Assembly: GCF_964204865.1 (NCBI RefSeq)
Contig: NC_135252.1
Span: forward strand, 3,348,001-3,412,000
Origin: Styela clava
Lineage: Eukaryota
Direction: 5' to 3'
Length of the DNA: 64,000 nt
Shown here: positions 1-15,296 of the stretch, piece by piece
Numbering within the stretch: the stretch's first letter is position 1
How the letters are laid out: each line of letters starts with the position of its first letter
Notes under the pieces: generated by a model
Databases searched by the model: none
Seen by the model: the letters and a program-made list of their open reading frames with translations, nothing else
Told to the model about the DNA's origin: nothing
Translations under genes and position numbers: made by a program

Positions 1-3000
1 TTGAATTGTTTGTGTATGTGTCACAGCTTTTTCTTTCATCCACTACGCTAAAATCAGAAGTTCCGAGATTCGACTAAATATCAAAAATACAACTTAAAGT
101 GGACAATGATAACTGGAACAGAACCTTTCCGCACGAAACACGAAAAACGACGCTGCTTGTCCGAGCCAAAAGGTGGAAGACGATGCCTTCTTGTCGCAAG
201 TTCGGCGGCAATCATCATCAAACAGATCAATAATCAAATTAAATTATAAAAACAAACAGAAAAACAAGAGGGTAAACTACACACGAAATAATCCTAACAC
301 ATATGATTGTACCCATAAGTCTCAGTATCCTAGGGCTCTTTGCACAAAAGTTCTCTCTAGAATATGTTCCAAATGCGTGGGTTCTGTATATAGGCCGCCC
401 TGCATGAATAATGCTAAACGGTAGAATATATAAATCTAAGAAACAGGAAACAAAGCAAACGGAACAGCTTTACACTGTCATAGACAGAGGGAATTTTTTA
501 CTTCACATAACTCGTGTCTTCGTTCGCTTTTTAATATATTAGTAAATTCCTCAATTGATGAAAGTCCCCGAGAATCGTTAAGTCTCGCCACAGATCCATT
601 TTTATTGATTCTATGTTTTTTGCAAATTGCACGCTGCTAGGTGCCACGCAATTAAGTCCTATTAAATGGTATGTTTATACAAAATCATTTTTAGAAAAAA
701 CTACACATCCATTTCCAGGTATTATCATCTACAAATTCGTCATATTTTTACGAAAACGAGCAAATTACATTTTAAAAATAATGATAATTTGATTTCGAGA
801 AATTGGTCAACGTAACTCAATTGTCGTCGTTATAAAAATATCCTCGAATTTCACCGCAAAAAAAAGTGTAAAATATATTACATTACACCGTATTTCATAA
901 CACATTGTATTATTATATATATCATAAAATCACGCTAGTTTTGGAAGCCTACATCACAGATAAACAATACTTCAGTAAAGATTGAACAGACTCACGAATA
1001 GAATACCGGCCCAAGAACGCGATGGTTAGTGATCAGAGCGTTGGACTTAGCATGACAGCAACGTTGGTTAAAAATATAGGGTTTGAACGTCATCCCGCCA
1101 ACTATCCATGATATATTGAACACGGTGGGCAATGCCGAAACGTAAAGGTTTAGTCTATGGAAAAATAATAGACCCTTACATATCAGTGGATATTTGTACA
1201 GAGCCTTGTTCAGAGTGAGAGCGTCGTACAAAAAGCCACAAATGATATTCATTCCAATATAATCAGAATTACATTTGAGACGTTATTCTAATTAAGACGA
1301 TGGCAATGACACCAGGTTAACAACATCGACAATGAGGTCAACCTTATTAATCATGTTAACATAGTTGCCCCTTGTGACGTCTTATATAACCACTAACTAC
1401 AAAGAGTCTTCGTTAATTGAGCAGTTAAAAATACAAGGCAATTAATGTACCTTTACAGTCTTTTTTTTTCAAGTCCGACACTCAATTACGGCAACGAAGA
1501 AAACTAACAGTGAAATTCTATTAATTTTGTCAGTTACGTCTGAAAGAATAACCGATGGCCAGTTTTAACCAGATAAAAGCGGATACGGGGCCAAAGAATA
1601 TCGCCAAAGACAATTGTAATCCGCAAGGACTTGAACCGCAAATTAAACGGCCACGAGACACGGTTATTTATAGGATTACATCGGGACATGTAGTTATAAT
1701 TGATCAAAGAAACGGCGTACCATATTTTGTCCATTTAATCGTAATTAGGCAAAAATCTGCGCATTTCGAGGAAAAATATTGCCATTTAATTGGGCTCATC
1801 ACCACAAGTGCGAATCAATCATCACTAACCCGAATAAGAAGATCTGAGGGAAAAAGGTGGTGATTGGTTATCCGCAAAATTAGTGTGCCGCATCGAAATA
1901 AAAAGTTTCATAAAAGAGGTTATACCATGATAATTATCGTCGTATTCATCTATAAGACCTTATGCTAAACCGGTATAATTAGACCGGTGACTCAAGCGTT
2001 TTCAACCTATATTCAATGTATTGGTTTTATTTTGAATGTCAACTGATATCACCTTCAGGGTAATCATAATATGGTATTTATTCTGCATTTGATTTGAAGT
2101 AGAAAATGTACAAATTCGAACAGTTTTATTTTTTTAAAAAAGAGTAATTCACAGCAATGCATTTTGAAAGCCGAGTATTTACAATTGTGAGTTTTTAAAC
2201 AAAAACCTGTACAGTGGTGAAATTTTATTATTTAGAATATTATTATTATTCAAATAAATCAAACTTGAACTATATTTTTGAACATTTTTTTTTATATACG
2301 AGGCATATTAATAATTAACAACTTTTTCTCAGAGCTAAGCCTATACAAGCCACTGGTATCTCGCGATATTTGAGCAGCTCTTTATTTATTGGAAGGAACG
2401 AAATCTTTCTGGATTGCAAAAATAGTAACACATCGATCTATTCAATGTACAAATATTGAGCAATATAGATTTAATACCCGATATATCATAATGAATAATT
2501 AACCCAATTAACAGTGTTTGGATACTTTTTATTTAATCATTGGTAATACATGGAAAAGGACACACACGTCAAGAAGAATAGCAGTTAAAAATCCAGTGTA
2601 GCAAAATGAAACTAAAATTAAAATTAAAAGTTGAGTTGGAATGAGGAAACACCTTATGTGCATATAATTTTAATGGCGTTAATCACGAATGAAAAGCTGA
2701 CGCCCTAATACCAAAAAGTAAACGTTGAACGTTTATTGATGTTTATTTTTAGGCAAAAGGCGTAAACTTTGGAACTAAAATAGGCAAATTTTTATTATTA
2801 GCTATTTTATTTTTTTAAATATTTTATTTAAAAAAAAAAAATGAAAAACCGATATACAAACGGTGTGCGAAATCCCTTCTAAATCTAATACAAATTGAGA
2901 TAGGTCCATTTTTTTGATGAGATCATCTTATAAATTAGGTACAAAAATATGTCAAAGCGATGTGAAATTGGCGGGTCCATATTTTTAAAAACTACACTAC

Positions 3001-6000
3001 ATCGTAAAAACCGATCATGGATGCGCATTTACAATTACTGGTGAATGCTACTGAAATTACTGATTTCTTTTTCACACAAAAAAAAATGTAACAGTGGGCG
3101 TAGTTTTCATAAAATTTAGGGGCGTATGAGAAATTTGTCAAAAAATATATGATGAGATAATTCATCGAGACGATAAATTGAGACAAAGGAAAATGCGCTA
3201 TGAAGTGCTATAATGATACACACATCTTATACATAACGATTGAAGTGACATTTCGGAAGGTATTATTATTTTAAAATTTTATATAATTTCCCATTTTCTC
3301 TTTATCAATTTGAAGTAAAATATTCATTTCTTTGAATTGATATTTACTTTAAAACATATCAAGTAGCTTATCAGACGTTTTTTTATGCGTCCAATTTTTG
3401 CAAACAAAAATCAATTTTCACAAACGGCAGCAACGATTTTCGGGCAATTATATGGCGAAATAAATCACGTCTTTTGTCCAAAACGAGAAAATTCGCCACG
3501 CGCGCCTCAAATTGTCGATACAATTTGCAAATCATCAAACAATTTTAAAATGATCGTTTCGTGGTTTAGTCACAAAATATCAGAACAATTGACATTTTCA
3601 TTTAGGCGCCAGACAATTGAACTGAAGTGTACAAACCTACTGTCAGACGTGTGAATTGAGTGGTGTTATAAAATGTCTTTATGCCACTTGTACATCATTT
3701 GCAATAAAATTTAGTAAGTACGTATTAAGACTATGTACGCTCTAAACAGATTTGATACAAATTGATACAAATTAGGAATATTTTGAATTAATCCAGTCTG
3801 TATAGTAAAGATATGATAAACTCTTTTTTTTACACCTATAGCGCATAATGTACTCCAAGCATATGTCATTACTGTACATAAAAGAAATATAGTTCCTATA
3901 GTCAACTTCACGTGAGTGATATTCTGGAGCCTTATGCGTTGATGAAAAATGCCTACTGTTCATTTTAGGTTTTTACTTGTCATACCCAAAATTTGACTAT
4001 TCTGGGTATAATCTGAAATTCCGATTAAAAATAGACATGGGATGGGAAATATTTTAATTAGTTCATGAAAATGAACACGGAAAAACAAAGAAGCTCGAGA
4101 ACATTTGGACGAATATTCTCCGAAAATCCTATCTGCTGAAAAGAAACTGGCAATTGCCATTAAGTTTAGATGCAATGAGTCGGATACACAGTCCCGATTC
4201 TGTAAAGATTGCAGTGACCCCATAGCGAAAGTTAAAGCTTATTTATAGTGTTGTCCAAAAAAGTAAAGCGAAACATTTGATATGAGCTTAAAAAATCGTA
4301 ATTAAAAGTGGAAAGTTATTCGCTCAATACAAATATTGGAACAAAGGAAACGGAATTCGTTACCTTGGAAATCGTATCAGTGTCACGTGCGAAGCGTATC
4401 CGCAAATACGCCGCGTAAAAACTATACCATTTGCATGCAGGAATTAAGGAAACTTGAAACCATATTGGCAAAAATGGCGAATTTAATCTGACAGAATCTT
4501 TTTGTTGCGGTAATATTTCGACACGGCGATGTGTCAAAATAGGCGTCACGTAAGTGATAAGATGAATGACGGGACAAATCTGTCTGGATAAAATTATACC
4601 CTTTGGGAACGATTAATGTTCTTTTTGGGGATAAAATATCACAAGTTTGCATGCGATCGACTACCAAAAGTGGAAGTGAAAAAATTTTGCCACCAAAGCA
4701 ATGGACGGCAAAAAAATGAATTCTAAAATCGTGCAACTAAGGAGAAAATGATACGTACATTAAATCCTCGACCTGAATAAAAATGAGATTAAACAACAAT
4801 AATATGAAACAAATCACAATTATAAATTTGCGTTTTTCTGCTGTAAATATTCACAGCACCAAATTCTTAATAATAACCAATGATTCATGTTACATACCTA
4901 GTTTCTTGCATATCCATACCCTCAATTACACTATTTTGGATTCCTATCAGTTTTCAATAATTTCTCGAATTTTCCTTAAATTGTCCGAAAAAAAATTATT
5001 TGCAATTGCAGTTCGAATATGAAACTCGATATTTCCTACTTGATATAATTTGCGACGCAAAGTATTAAAAAATGAGTGCCCAGTTGAAGCTTATATAATA
5101 TTATTTTAGAGTTTAGATTATGTGATTGTGAGGTCTCTGGAGGGCAACTGCACTTACTTTATATTTAAAATTTTTGACGAAGGCTACTAACGATATTCGT
5201 GCGTATACATTATTTATTTTAGGTCTAATCAAAAACTCGAAACAAAAAGTAGTAAATACCACCGAGCTTGCGGTTTCGAGTGGGGTGGGACTGACTGTTT
5301 AATTAAAGCCCACTTACAATTGCCATTCTAGGTATGATTTACAGCATAAGCATAACACCTAATTCTAGTTGACAGTATAATACAGTAAAATTATAGAAAT
5401 TAGAATAGAGAGGGATTAATCTTCTATGTCATGGTGACTGTGCATTTTATGTCGACATTAAAAATGCGAGACTAATAAAATACATATGTTACGTTTTGCA
5501 CGAAATGTGTTTTTGGTTCGGACTAAAAATCTCCTCCCACAAACAGCACTATTGTTTTGTACGTTGGGGTTTTTCAATCATACTCGCAAATTGGTTTTCA
5601 ATTACAGAAACAGGAAATATGGGAACAAAGAGACAATTCGAATATAACTTTTTTATCCACTAATCCTATGTAATCGGTCATATTATTTTTAGGCGTGGGT
5701 AAGCAACGAACTCAAACCACATTCGTCAAATTCTTTCTACTTATATTTTTCTTCTGTCACATTGTGTCATTTGAGTCTATTTATAGAAACGCTATCGTCT
5801 CATCTAAAAACTGACCCTCACGTTTGAACTATATTTATCAAATTACCACTGAGTCAAACTTAAACCTAAAAAACATTAAATTAAACCGGATCTATGGTTG
5901 GCCATAACATCATAATATTTATGACAATCGTATTATAAATGTAATTTCTGAATTTCATATACGAATTGATTGGTAAAAATACCATACGCCATCCTAAAAT

Positions 6001-9000
6001 CACAAATTTTGTGGGCGCAATGACCTACCTAGTGGTTAAAGCGTCAGACTTAACTATAATGGCATCGCAGGGTAGAATACTCCAAACTTTAGCAGTTCCT
6101 TCCCCAGTAGTGGCTCCTTGTGCATAGCCTTGTTAGGAGTGTAAGGCGTACAAATACCCCGCGCAAAAAAACGAATCACACTTTATATGCTTGCTCCATT
6201 CATTCGCTTAAGGTTAAATAAACGTCCAGACTCGTGGTATATCATTGAATCCTATTCGCCCACGAGAACAATGCTTCGAGTCAGTTAGTCCCGCGAAAGT
6301 ACTACTACCTTCTTCAGTATTCATAAATAATATAATTTTAATTCATTTCATTTAGGTTTTTTTATTAAAATTATAGCTTAGCGATTGAAAAATCGTTCCT
6401 GTCGACAAGGGGTTTTCAACCTTTAATCTCGTGGCGTATTTGCAGCGTCAAAAGAAATCTAAGATCCACAAAACCTTTAATGAAAATTTCGAGTATTATT
6501 TTATTAACATAAACAATACAGTATGAAAGTGCCAACGACTAAACTAATCCCCGTGTCATTTATCAGTCTTTCAAGATGAACTTCAGAACCTTGGTTCACT
6601 TTCAGCCTTACATTTTCCTTGAGATCTATTATAGGCCCAATGAACACTCCAACTCCATTCCAAAAATCTTCTTCGCCTTGAGATACACTGGACTAGACGA
6701 CGTGTTTTCACAAACTATTTTGCAAAAGGGGCAAGGCAATATATATATATATACATACGGAAAAGCAATAACACTTTTTAACAAAAAATACTAGTTGGCA
6801 TAGATACAGAAAATTAACGGGATAGGGTTTCGTAATCACTTATAGGTGACCTAATGATATCAGTTTATCGCGAGTTGCATGGAATCACACAGAATGGCAT
6901 GCGTCGTCTGCATTTAAAGGATATTAGTCAAATATTTATTTACAAATATTGATAAAACTTCAGAGCATTTGGCGGAAAAATCATAGCCAAGTCGTAGTAT
7001 AACCCTATTTCCAAGTTTCTATTGACTCATTAAGGGCATTAATTTTCGTCGAATTTTAAGTTTACAACATAGTGAAGTAAATGAGAATAAAACGTGAAAC
7101 TTTATCAACATAAGTATAATTGGAGGTAAAAATAGCCTAATATTCATGTATGCGCGACGATAACTACCCTAATATTTGAGCTGTTATATCGGGGCAGTTT
7201 TAAAATGGCGTCGGACGCCACGTAACAATGTAAAGATATTGTTCTCACGGAACCATTCGTTGCTAAAAACAGAAGGAGTGTGTCGCAAAATAATAAATTA
7301 GCGCGTTAATAATACATTGATGACGTATTTGAATTAATGCTCTTTGTGTGTCTTCTTTACCGTACGTATTCACGTTTTTCCAGTGGGAAAAACTAGCGGT
7401 GCGTAATTCCAATGGCAACTATTCAAACAAGCAGGTGTATAGTCGTTGACGTATGACGTTCTTATACCGGATAAACACACAGCACCAACCTTGTTTACAG
7501 AATAATTAAACTCATTTCCGATCCGGAGAATAAATAAGGTTCCCTGTCGAAGATTATGATTTATTATTTGCGGACAGTATCAAGTGATTCATGATTATAA
7601 AGAGGTCTATTCCTGACACATTAAAGCTCTAGTTCATTAAGACAAACAAAATGGGGCCCATGAGCGAACCTTGTATTACCCTTTAAAGTGAACGCAATAA
7701 ATGAAATAACAAAATCACTAGATTCGTGGTAATCTAATTAGACGACATGTGATTATATTTTTATTAGGTGTGATGACTAGGATTGAATGATTTTCAAAAA
7801 TTCGTTAATTCGCAAACGAAACTGAACCGAAGGCCCGATTTGATACGGATTTACATGGCTAATACAGTAAAGTTTCACACATTGATTGTACCTCAATAAT
7901 GAGCGACATTGTTTACTAATAGGCACACGAATTGACCATCATTTCGTCTAATAATTGACTTTGTAGATACATGAACATTTAACGAAAGTTTATGACAAAA
8001 TTTTCCAAACTGTGTAAAATCCGCCGATGTAACAACATCAACAACCCATGCAACTTCGTGATCGCATGTTGATCGTCTGCAGACTGCAGAATTGCATTCT
8101 CGAAATCCGTAAGCCCAGTTAACTACTAGGTGATTATGATGTCATGAATACAAAAATAGAATTTCGTCAACTCGTTGCTGCTAAGTGTTTGAAACGTTAG
8201 CTTGACAACTAGTAGAAATAATCCCCCGTAAAGATGGGTCACTTTGTTAAACTGTTTGTTCCGATAAAGAAACAGGGTGGTTGGTCATACAGGCCACCCT
8301 GAAACTGCAATGAAATATCCATGATGTTTTGGTGGCAGATAAGATAAAAGTCGCTTAATAATATAAATAATATCAAAAGCATTGACTAAGACCGTACGAA
8401 AAAGTTACTTTCAAGTGAGTAAAAAATAAACGCTTTTATTAATTTGTATTCGCGAAATAAAATATGATTTACATTATTAATAGATGAATACTGGTTTATG
8501 TCAAAGTTTCGACGCAAAATGTAGTTTGATATTGTCATATAACCGAAGAGTTTAGAATGCATCAAATAAAATTTTATAGATCATTAATCAAACACAAATT
8601 TGTTTATGCGAATAGTGAATTGGCTATATATACATTTGAATATAAGTTATTGGCGTTATAATGACAACTTTTTTTTCTCCGTCGGCACAGTTTTAGAAAA
8701 ATAGGTACAAATAGCCTGAATGAAGCCTTGAGTAATCGCGGCGCCCACTATACTATCCCTTTTATTGAATATATTTGAGTTTGTAGATGAATGACTACAT
8801 CGTTTCTTTCGGAATTATGCTTAGACCAGTCAGTCAAAATCAGACTTGCATACGAGGGGCACTTCTTCGCGAAATCATACTATTTATTTGAAGTGCGAGT
8901 GGGAATATCTCAAATAATTTTTATTATGCACATTTGAGGCACCTATTTTACAAAATATATAACTTGGCATGGAAGTATGAACATAATGTTTGTTTGTCCA

Positions 9001-11311
9001 ATTCAAACTGGCCTCAAGTCCAGGGTCAACTTCCATCTCTGGTCAATATTAACACACTGCCATTTGCTTTTGCTGGCACAGATCCGACTAAACATAAAGT
9101 ATCTACCGTACACAAATACAGAGTGACCAAAAACAGAGCCCATAATTGCCATAAATAGCTTAATTACTATTTCATTATTACCTAAATGATGAAAAAATCG
9201 TTTAACACTTGATCTACTGTTTGTGTATGATTGTATTCAAACGTTTCAGAAATGAAAATTTCTGAAATATGTTCCAAATGACTTGGGTTGCGTTTTAGGG
9301 GTCACCCAGTGTTATCAATTTTCTTGAACATAATATCTTTTCTTTTGTGAAATGAAATAAATATGCTGTCCAACACCGAAATCAACTATCAAAATGCGTT
9401 TTCGTTTTTGCGTTAGCGCTACTACAACACACTTTTTTCAATTTGAATGTTCCTAAACGTGACCGCATACACTTATTTTATCTTAATCATCTAGTCAAAC
9501 AAACAAAAAATTGATACTTTGTGGAAATGTTCGAGGCCTTTAACTTGGACAAAGGCAGTATTCTTCGAATCAGACGCAAAGAGGTTTTGGGTGAAAACAC
9601 GATTCGATCGTAAAACGTCAAAATGCTGACCACCAAGAGTTGTCTTCGCGTAACCGACCCACTTAAAGTTACCAATTAGCGAGCACGTAATTTGAAAGGG
9701 TCAGACACCCACAATGATACAAAGAGCAGAATATAAACAATTCCACGTCATTGTCCTTACAAACTAATCCATTATAAATTCAGCTGCAGCACTAACAGAA
9801 CTTTTGACAAATTCACAATTTTGGTATCATTTCGAAGAATACAATCCCTACACTATACGGAAAATCAGTATATTAACCACCATACACAAGTAATTCTGAG
9901 TGCATTCTACTTCACAAAATAATTTTGAACTGAATGCATCTTATGATAAAGTTTGTTTTCGTTAAATACAATAACTTCAGAATGCAAGTAAATAGGAATT
10001 AAACCTAGCATATTGAATAAACCGAAAAAGTGAAGCTCCAGCAAATGTCTATAAAACATACTTATTTTTTCTGTTCATTTTAAAGTGTGTTTAATTTTCT
10101 ATCTCATTTCTTCCATTAGCTTTTAATATCCACAATACAACAACAAATATTTAATACAAATTTCCATACATTAGTGTGCCATGGTCAACGCTTATTTTCA
10201 AAACAATAAATGAAAATACAGAAAACAATTTCTTTATTTGTGTAGATTCATATTACTAACGAGAAAGTCATGACCCACGTGATGCACAAATAGGTCATCG
10301 TTTAAGGTGATGTAACTCTCCAGACATAATATCTGATGTCAGGGTTCAGCATTAAAAAGGCAAAGTTAAAGCATAATGGCATTTTCATAATCAGTGTATA
10401 TTTTTGTCAGCAAATATTTTTTTTTTCATCCATTTTAGAGGAAATGTAAAATAGATATACTATGACAGAAAAAACAGAAGAGTTTCCGTATAAGTAAAAT
10501 ATAATTTCTAGTCTATCCAAATGACATTTTATTATTAATAAAAGATAAATATTAGTATGCAACCAGTCAAAATGAAACCATTTTATTATCCAATCAAGTT
10601 TGTGCCATCCATTTAGTTTATACACTAAAATGTGGCCTGGTCCAACATATACGATGATAAAATACACTTTTATTGGGATATAGTAAAATTCAAGGTAATA
10701 TTGTTAAAAAAATTTCATACGCGCAAGTACCAGGGTAAGCCAAAAAATAGAGATAATTCAGAGACCGATGAAAAAATAGATAAAAGAGTACCATTATGCA
10801 GTCTTCACCTAATCTGTTCACGATTTGTGTGATTTTACCGATGTCGTGTCATTTTTTGTTATGAAACTATATATAGAATGTGACAAATTCTGATTTGATT
10901 CGATTTAAAATAACGTAATCTTAACGCAAATTCCTGCCGGCAATAACAAACAAAAATAAGGCAAGTAAATATGCTTGCGAAAATAGTTTGAGACAAATTA
11001 AGATTTCAAAGCATGCCAATTGCAAAGACTCCCTATAAAATACATCACTCTTTAAATAGAGCTAAAAAGTAGTAGTCGTTGTTTGGCTTTTTGTTCGCGT
11101 TGGGGTGGGGAAGGGTTCGTGTGTTCAAATTCTCGTATCAGGAGCAGTTTGGTATAATCACGGAGTTCGAGAATCGAATTTTTATTACCGGAACCGGGCA
11201 CCACCGGAGTCATATTAGAATCCGCTCCGATGCCTAACACAGGTTTTAAGCCAGACTGACCCGTCCTAATTTAAATCTAGCAAATATACGATGAGTGGCA
11301 AGTCTGTGTAG

Positions 11312-11421
11312 GGTACTCCTGAAGTATGCGCACCAAGATGTCGCATAACCTGAACCCTAACCTGGTACACAACCTGAGTTCAGGTTGTGCGTCATCTTGG
11401 TGCGCATACTTCAGGACGCCC
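11312..11421. mobile_element. 110-bp fold-back MITE, Merlin-like, relative of family A
   Basis: Inverted arms of about 45 bp (tcctgaagtatgcgcaccaagatg.cgca.aacctgaac / gttcaggttgtgcgtcatcttggtgcgcatacttcagga), GG...CC termini and a perfect 8-bp TSD CTGTGTAG (11304-11311, 11422-11429). The loop contains ccctaacctggtacac, shared with family A. Confidence 0.8.
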
Positions 11422-14400
11422 CTGTGTAGTTGTGGCGTTTCAACCCGCGTGCGACGCTTTGTAAAAATACAGTAACCGGTATATGGTAAATTGGTGTGAA
11501 TTCAGTGCATTTTTATTGCACTTTCTCACAAATCAATTTATTCAAAATATTTTTGTGGCCATTACTTAGTCTGCGACAAATTTAGCTTTTGCAATGACAA
11601 TAGATTTTTGAACAACAACGAATTTATACTTGAATAGGAATGAATTCGTGATTTTCAATTTGATAAGAAAATTTTTCTGTTTGTACCAACTGTCACAAAT
11701 CAAATGAGTTGTTAGATATAGAGGATTGAAATCTAAAATTAGATTTTTAACGTGTGAATTTCACAACAACGGGTGGTAGTTTACTAAAAATGGAATAGTT
11801 TATTTAAAGGAGAAATGACAAATATGCTGTTTTGTTGTCTACATGAGTAGAGGGAATCAAAGTAGAAATTCCGGCAATGCTAGACCTGATTAGATATCGT
11901 GACTGATTGAAATTGTTCACCATGTCATGTCGGTCGGCACATCACACGTAAACCAACCAGAATATAATTTATTTCAATAAAAAAATTGATTTAATAAAAG
12001 CATTCAAATAGAACCAAATTTTTATATATTTTATTAGCAAAACGAGATATTTTTGATTAATTTCATCTCTTTTAATTTTTAAGCAATTATTACAAGATCA
12101 TAAAGTTGCAAAAGTTTTATTAGGAAACAATAATAACAATTAGTAAATGATTATTTAATGCACTTGGTTATTAAGTGATGCTGCTAACACTCGAGATCAT
12201 CTTATAATGTATTTTTAATAACAGCAAAACCAACACATTTTCAGAGAAATAAGCTTTATCAAATTCCATTTATTTATGCCAAAGGTTGCCCATAGCTCGC
12301 GTTTTACCTTTGCTATTTAGTTGCTTGATCGTCATCAATGATATTGGCATAATGTGGCGTATAAATGTAAATAAACAATTTGAAGCAAAACCAGTTTTGA
12401 CACATTATGAAGCATTGGATAGATACAAGCTCCTTAGGGGAACAATAATATACGATCATTTTACGGGATAATTTGCGCGATAGTTAACAAAAGTTTACGA
12501 TATATATAGGGCAAAGGTTGACCAGATACAATTTACGTTCACACCTAGTCTTGCGGCCTCACTATATTCGATTACAGACACTAGTTAGACTCAATCAAAA
12601 TCATAATCATTAGCAGGAACACGGAAACGATATATAAAAAGATTCCACACCCATAAATTAAGCAATTTTGTGTAATTCAAAATCAAATAAAACATTTTAC
12701 TGTTACAGAATTCTAAGTATCGATAACGTGGGTCACGAGTTGTTCAAAAACAGAAAATATATTATGATATTAAAATAATAAGCTTTGAAAATTCTTCTGC
12801 CCACGATAGAAAAATCCCCGCATAGTTTTATTAAAGCAGCAATAATTTGTTCTCCCAAATTATTCAACTCACGAATGCACAAATCCCAATTTCTATTAAT
12901 CTGCATGGGAGATTGGTAATATCTACAATATTGAGGTATGCGTGAGTATACGCACGCATTAACGACATGAACACCTCAATCTTAGGTTTGGATACGCACG
13001 GCGTGGTGTTATTAGTTCTCAGCGCCAAGTGAGGAGAAAACGAAATTTACTGTTATCAAGAACATTATACAATAAGGTATTTCACTCTAAATCCTAGATA
13101 CTACATTGTGGCAATGAGTAATGTCAAAAATATAAGTTTGTCTCACTACATGTGTGTATAATTAGGTATTAATGACAGGCTCACCCAGTTTCGGATTTCG
13201 ATAAGTACAGTTTGACCCTAATGTGTCCTTCATGACTTATTGGGAGTAAACTAAATTTGATGTTTTGCAAATGCTCTCCAAACAATCTACAACGTAAATT
13301 ATGACACAAATAGTATATTGCGAAAATTATTATTTCAAAATAAAAGTTTACCTTATGATAATAATGACCAGACCTAATCCATCTAGGAATATAATGCATA
13401 CTAATACATACATATTAATGCTATGGTAAGTGAAGGGTGCCATTAACCCAAAGTTTAAAAGTATACTCGTTATGAAGCCCATCATTTATAACAAAAACAA
13501 CCCATTGTGACATCGTGTGTCCTTTGGAATAGGTTAGGAGAAATCGAACGTTGCTAAAATATGAAGTTTCAAAATTGCAAAAATGTTAAAAATCAATGGC
13601 CCTTTTTTCTTTCAAATCAGTGTTAAATTTTTGAAAAACATTCATTTTTAAAATGTGAGGGATTGAGTAATAAACGAGAAAAAAACGAGCTTTTGGGCAG
13701 TACCATCAAGAATTGGTAGTTGAATTTATTCTACTATCACCGGTATTTTGGAATATTTTATTCCCATTCCTTCAGGTTTAGAAGTTGAGTAGCCTAGTTA
13801 GATATACATTTTTCATTTGAACAGGCCCAATTCAATTCGAGAACAAGTGAATTTACGAACCAAAGGATTTAAAGGATCAAAATGCAATTTTGAATGAAGG
13901 GCTTTGCTATCTCTGGCGCCCATAAACATTCCCAGTTAAAGTGTATATTGTTCATTTTCAATCCTATCATAAGGGGAAAGATTTTCGAATTGAATCCAAA
14001 TGTGAAATACGAAATATCAAACACTTTAGAATTTTGAATGACGTATATTTTTGTAACATTTCTTTAACCTTCGCATGGGAGATATTGAACTTCGAAACAT
14101 AAAAATTATTGTCAAAAACAGGTGGATGGATATTCAAACAGCAATAATTCTCCTTTACCTATGACCCGAAGGATTTCCTGTCATGAATTACGGTCTTCAA
14201 ATTAAGTCTTAAAACATGAAATTTCGAAGCTAAATTGACGGAACGGATTTGTACGGATAAGAGAAGAGACTCAGCGAATGCAAGTTGACCATGAACATAG
14301 ATACCACAGTGCGTTAAAGAAGCATGTTAGCATTGGGGATTACGGGGAACATGAAAAATATTACCGTTAAACAAGTTGAGTATAATCCCAATTAAGCACA

Positions 14401-15296
14401 TGACACCATATTTAGGGAATCTTTCAGCCGTAAAATTCAATCTTCTAAAAATACCTTAATACGACATTTTGAAGCAGCTTGGGTTTAAATGTTTGCAAGC
14501 TTAGATAGCCACAGCTGATATTGCTACACTTCATTAAACTAACTTGCAACAGAAGAGAGCAACGAGTAAATTGTTAGGCATGGGGAAGACCGTACTTTGT
14601 CTAGCGCCCAATTTACCAGTTAACACTCAATTGATTCTGTACTGTTTGATAAGTTCATTAATACACCAACGTTCACATATTTAAATATGCCGATCCAATA
14701 TACTGCAAGCATGCTTACATAACCAGGGATTTGAAAAAGCAAATCAGCATATTGATTTTCGGTATTGACATGAATTAAAAATTATTTTATCTTTTGGTTT
14801 CAAGTTTTAAAAGTGTCTTAAAAAGGTCTTCAAGCAACCATAACATAAAACCAATCATCACTCCAAGTTTGAGTTATATAGCACTATTTGCAACGATTGT
14901 TATGAAATATTCAAACAATTCATGTTTATCAACCAATAGCCAAACGGAGTCCTATTTCCATATTAGACTCAAATAAAATAACATGTCAATCACGGTGCTA
15001 CGCCAATTTTGTCGTCAATGTGCATTATTACAGGCATTTCAGAATACGCACGCGATTTTAGGTCTAGTATTTAGATTTTAAAGTTGTTACTAGATTCTTA
15101 TCACGCCATTTGTACATTTGTATAATGCAGAACTATCATTAGGCATAACCCACATATATGATTAACATTTAAGAAAACTCGTACATTTCAAAACGATGTA
15201 TATTTAGGATATAATTACGACCAGGAGGCCGGCGTTCTACGCCACAACCGACCCTAAAAATAAGAATAATACTCTCGCAACCAAAATTTCAGAGAG

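Noticed and set aside
14268-14283. Exact 16-mer matches (14268 with 30060; 26225 with 37854)
   Set aside because: Roughly one such match is expected by chance in 64 kb, and the flanks do not align.
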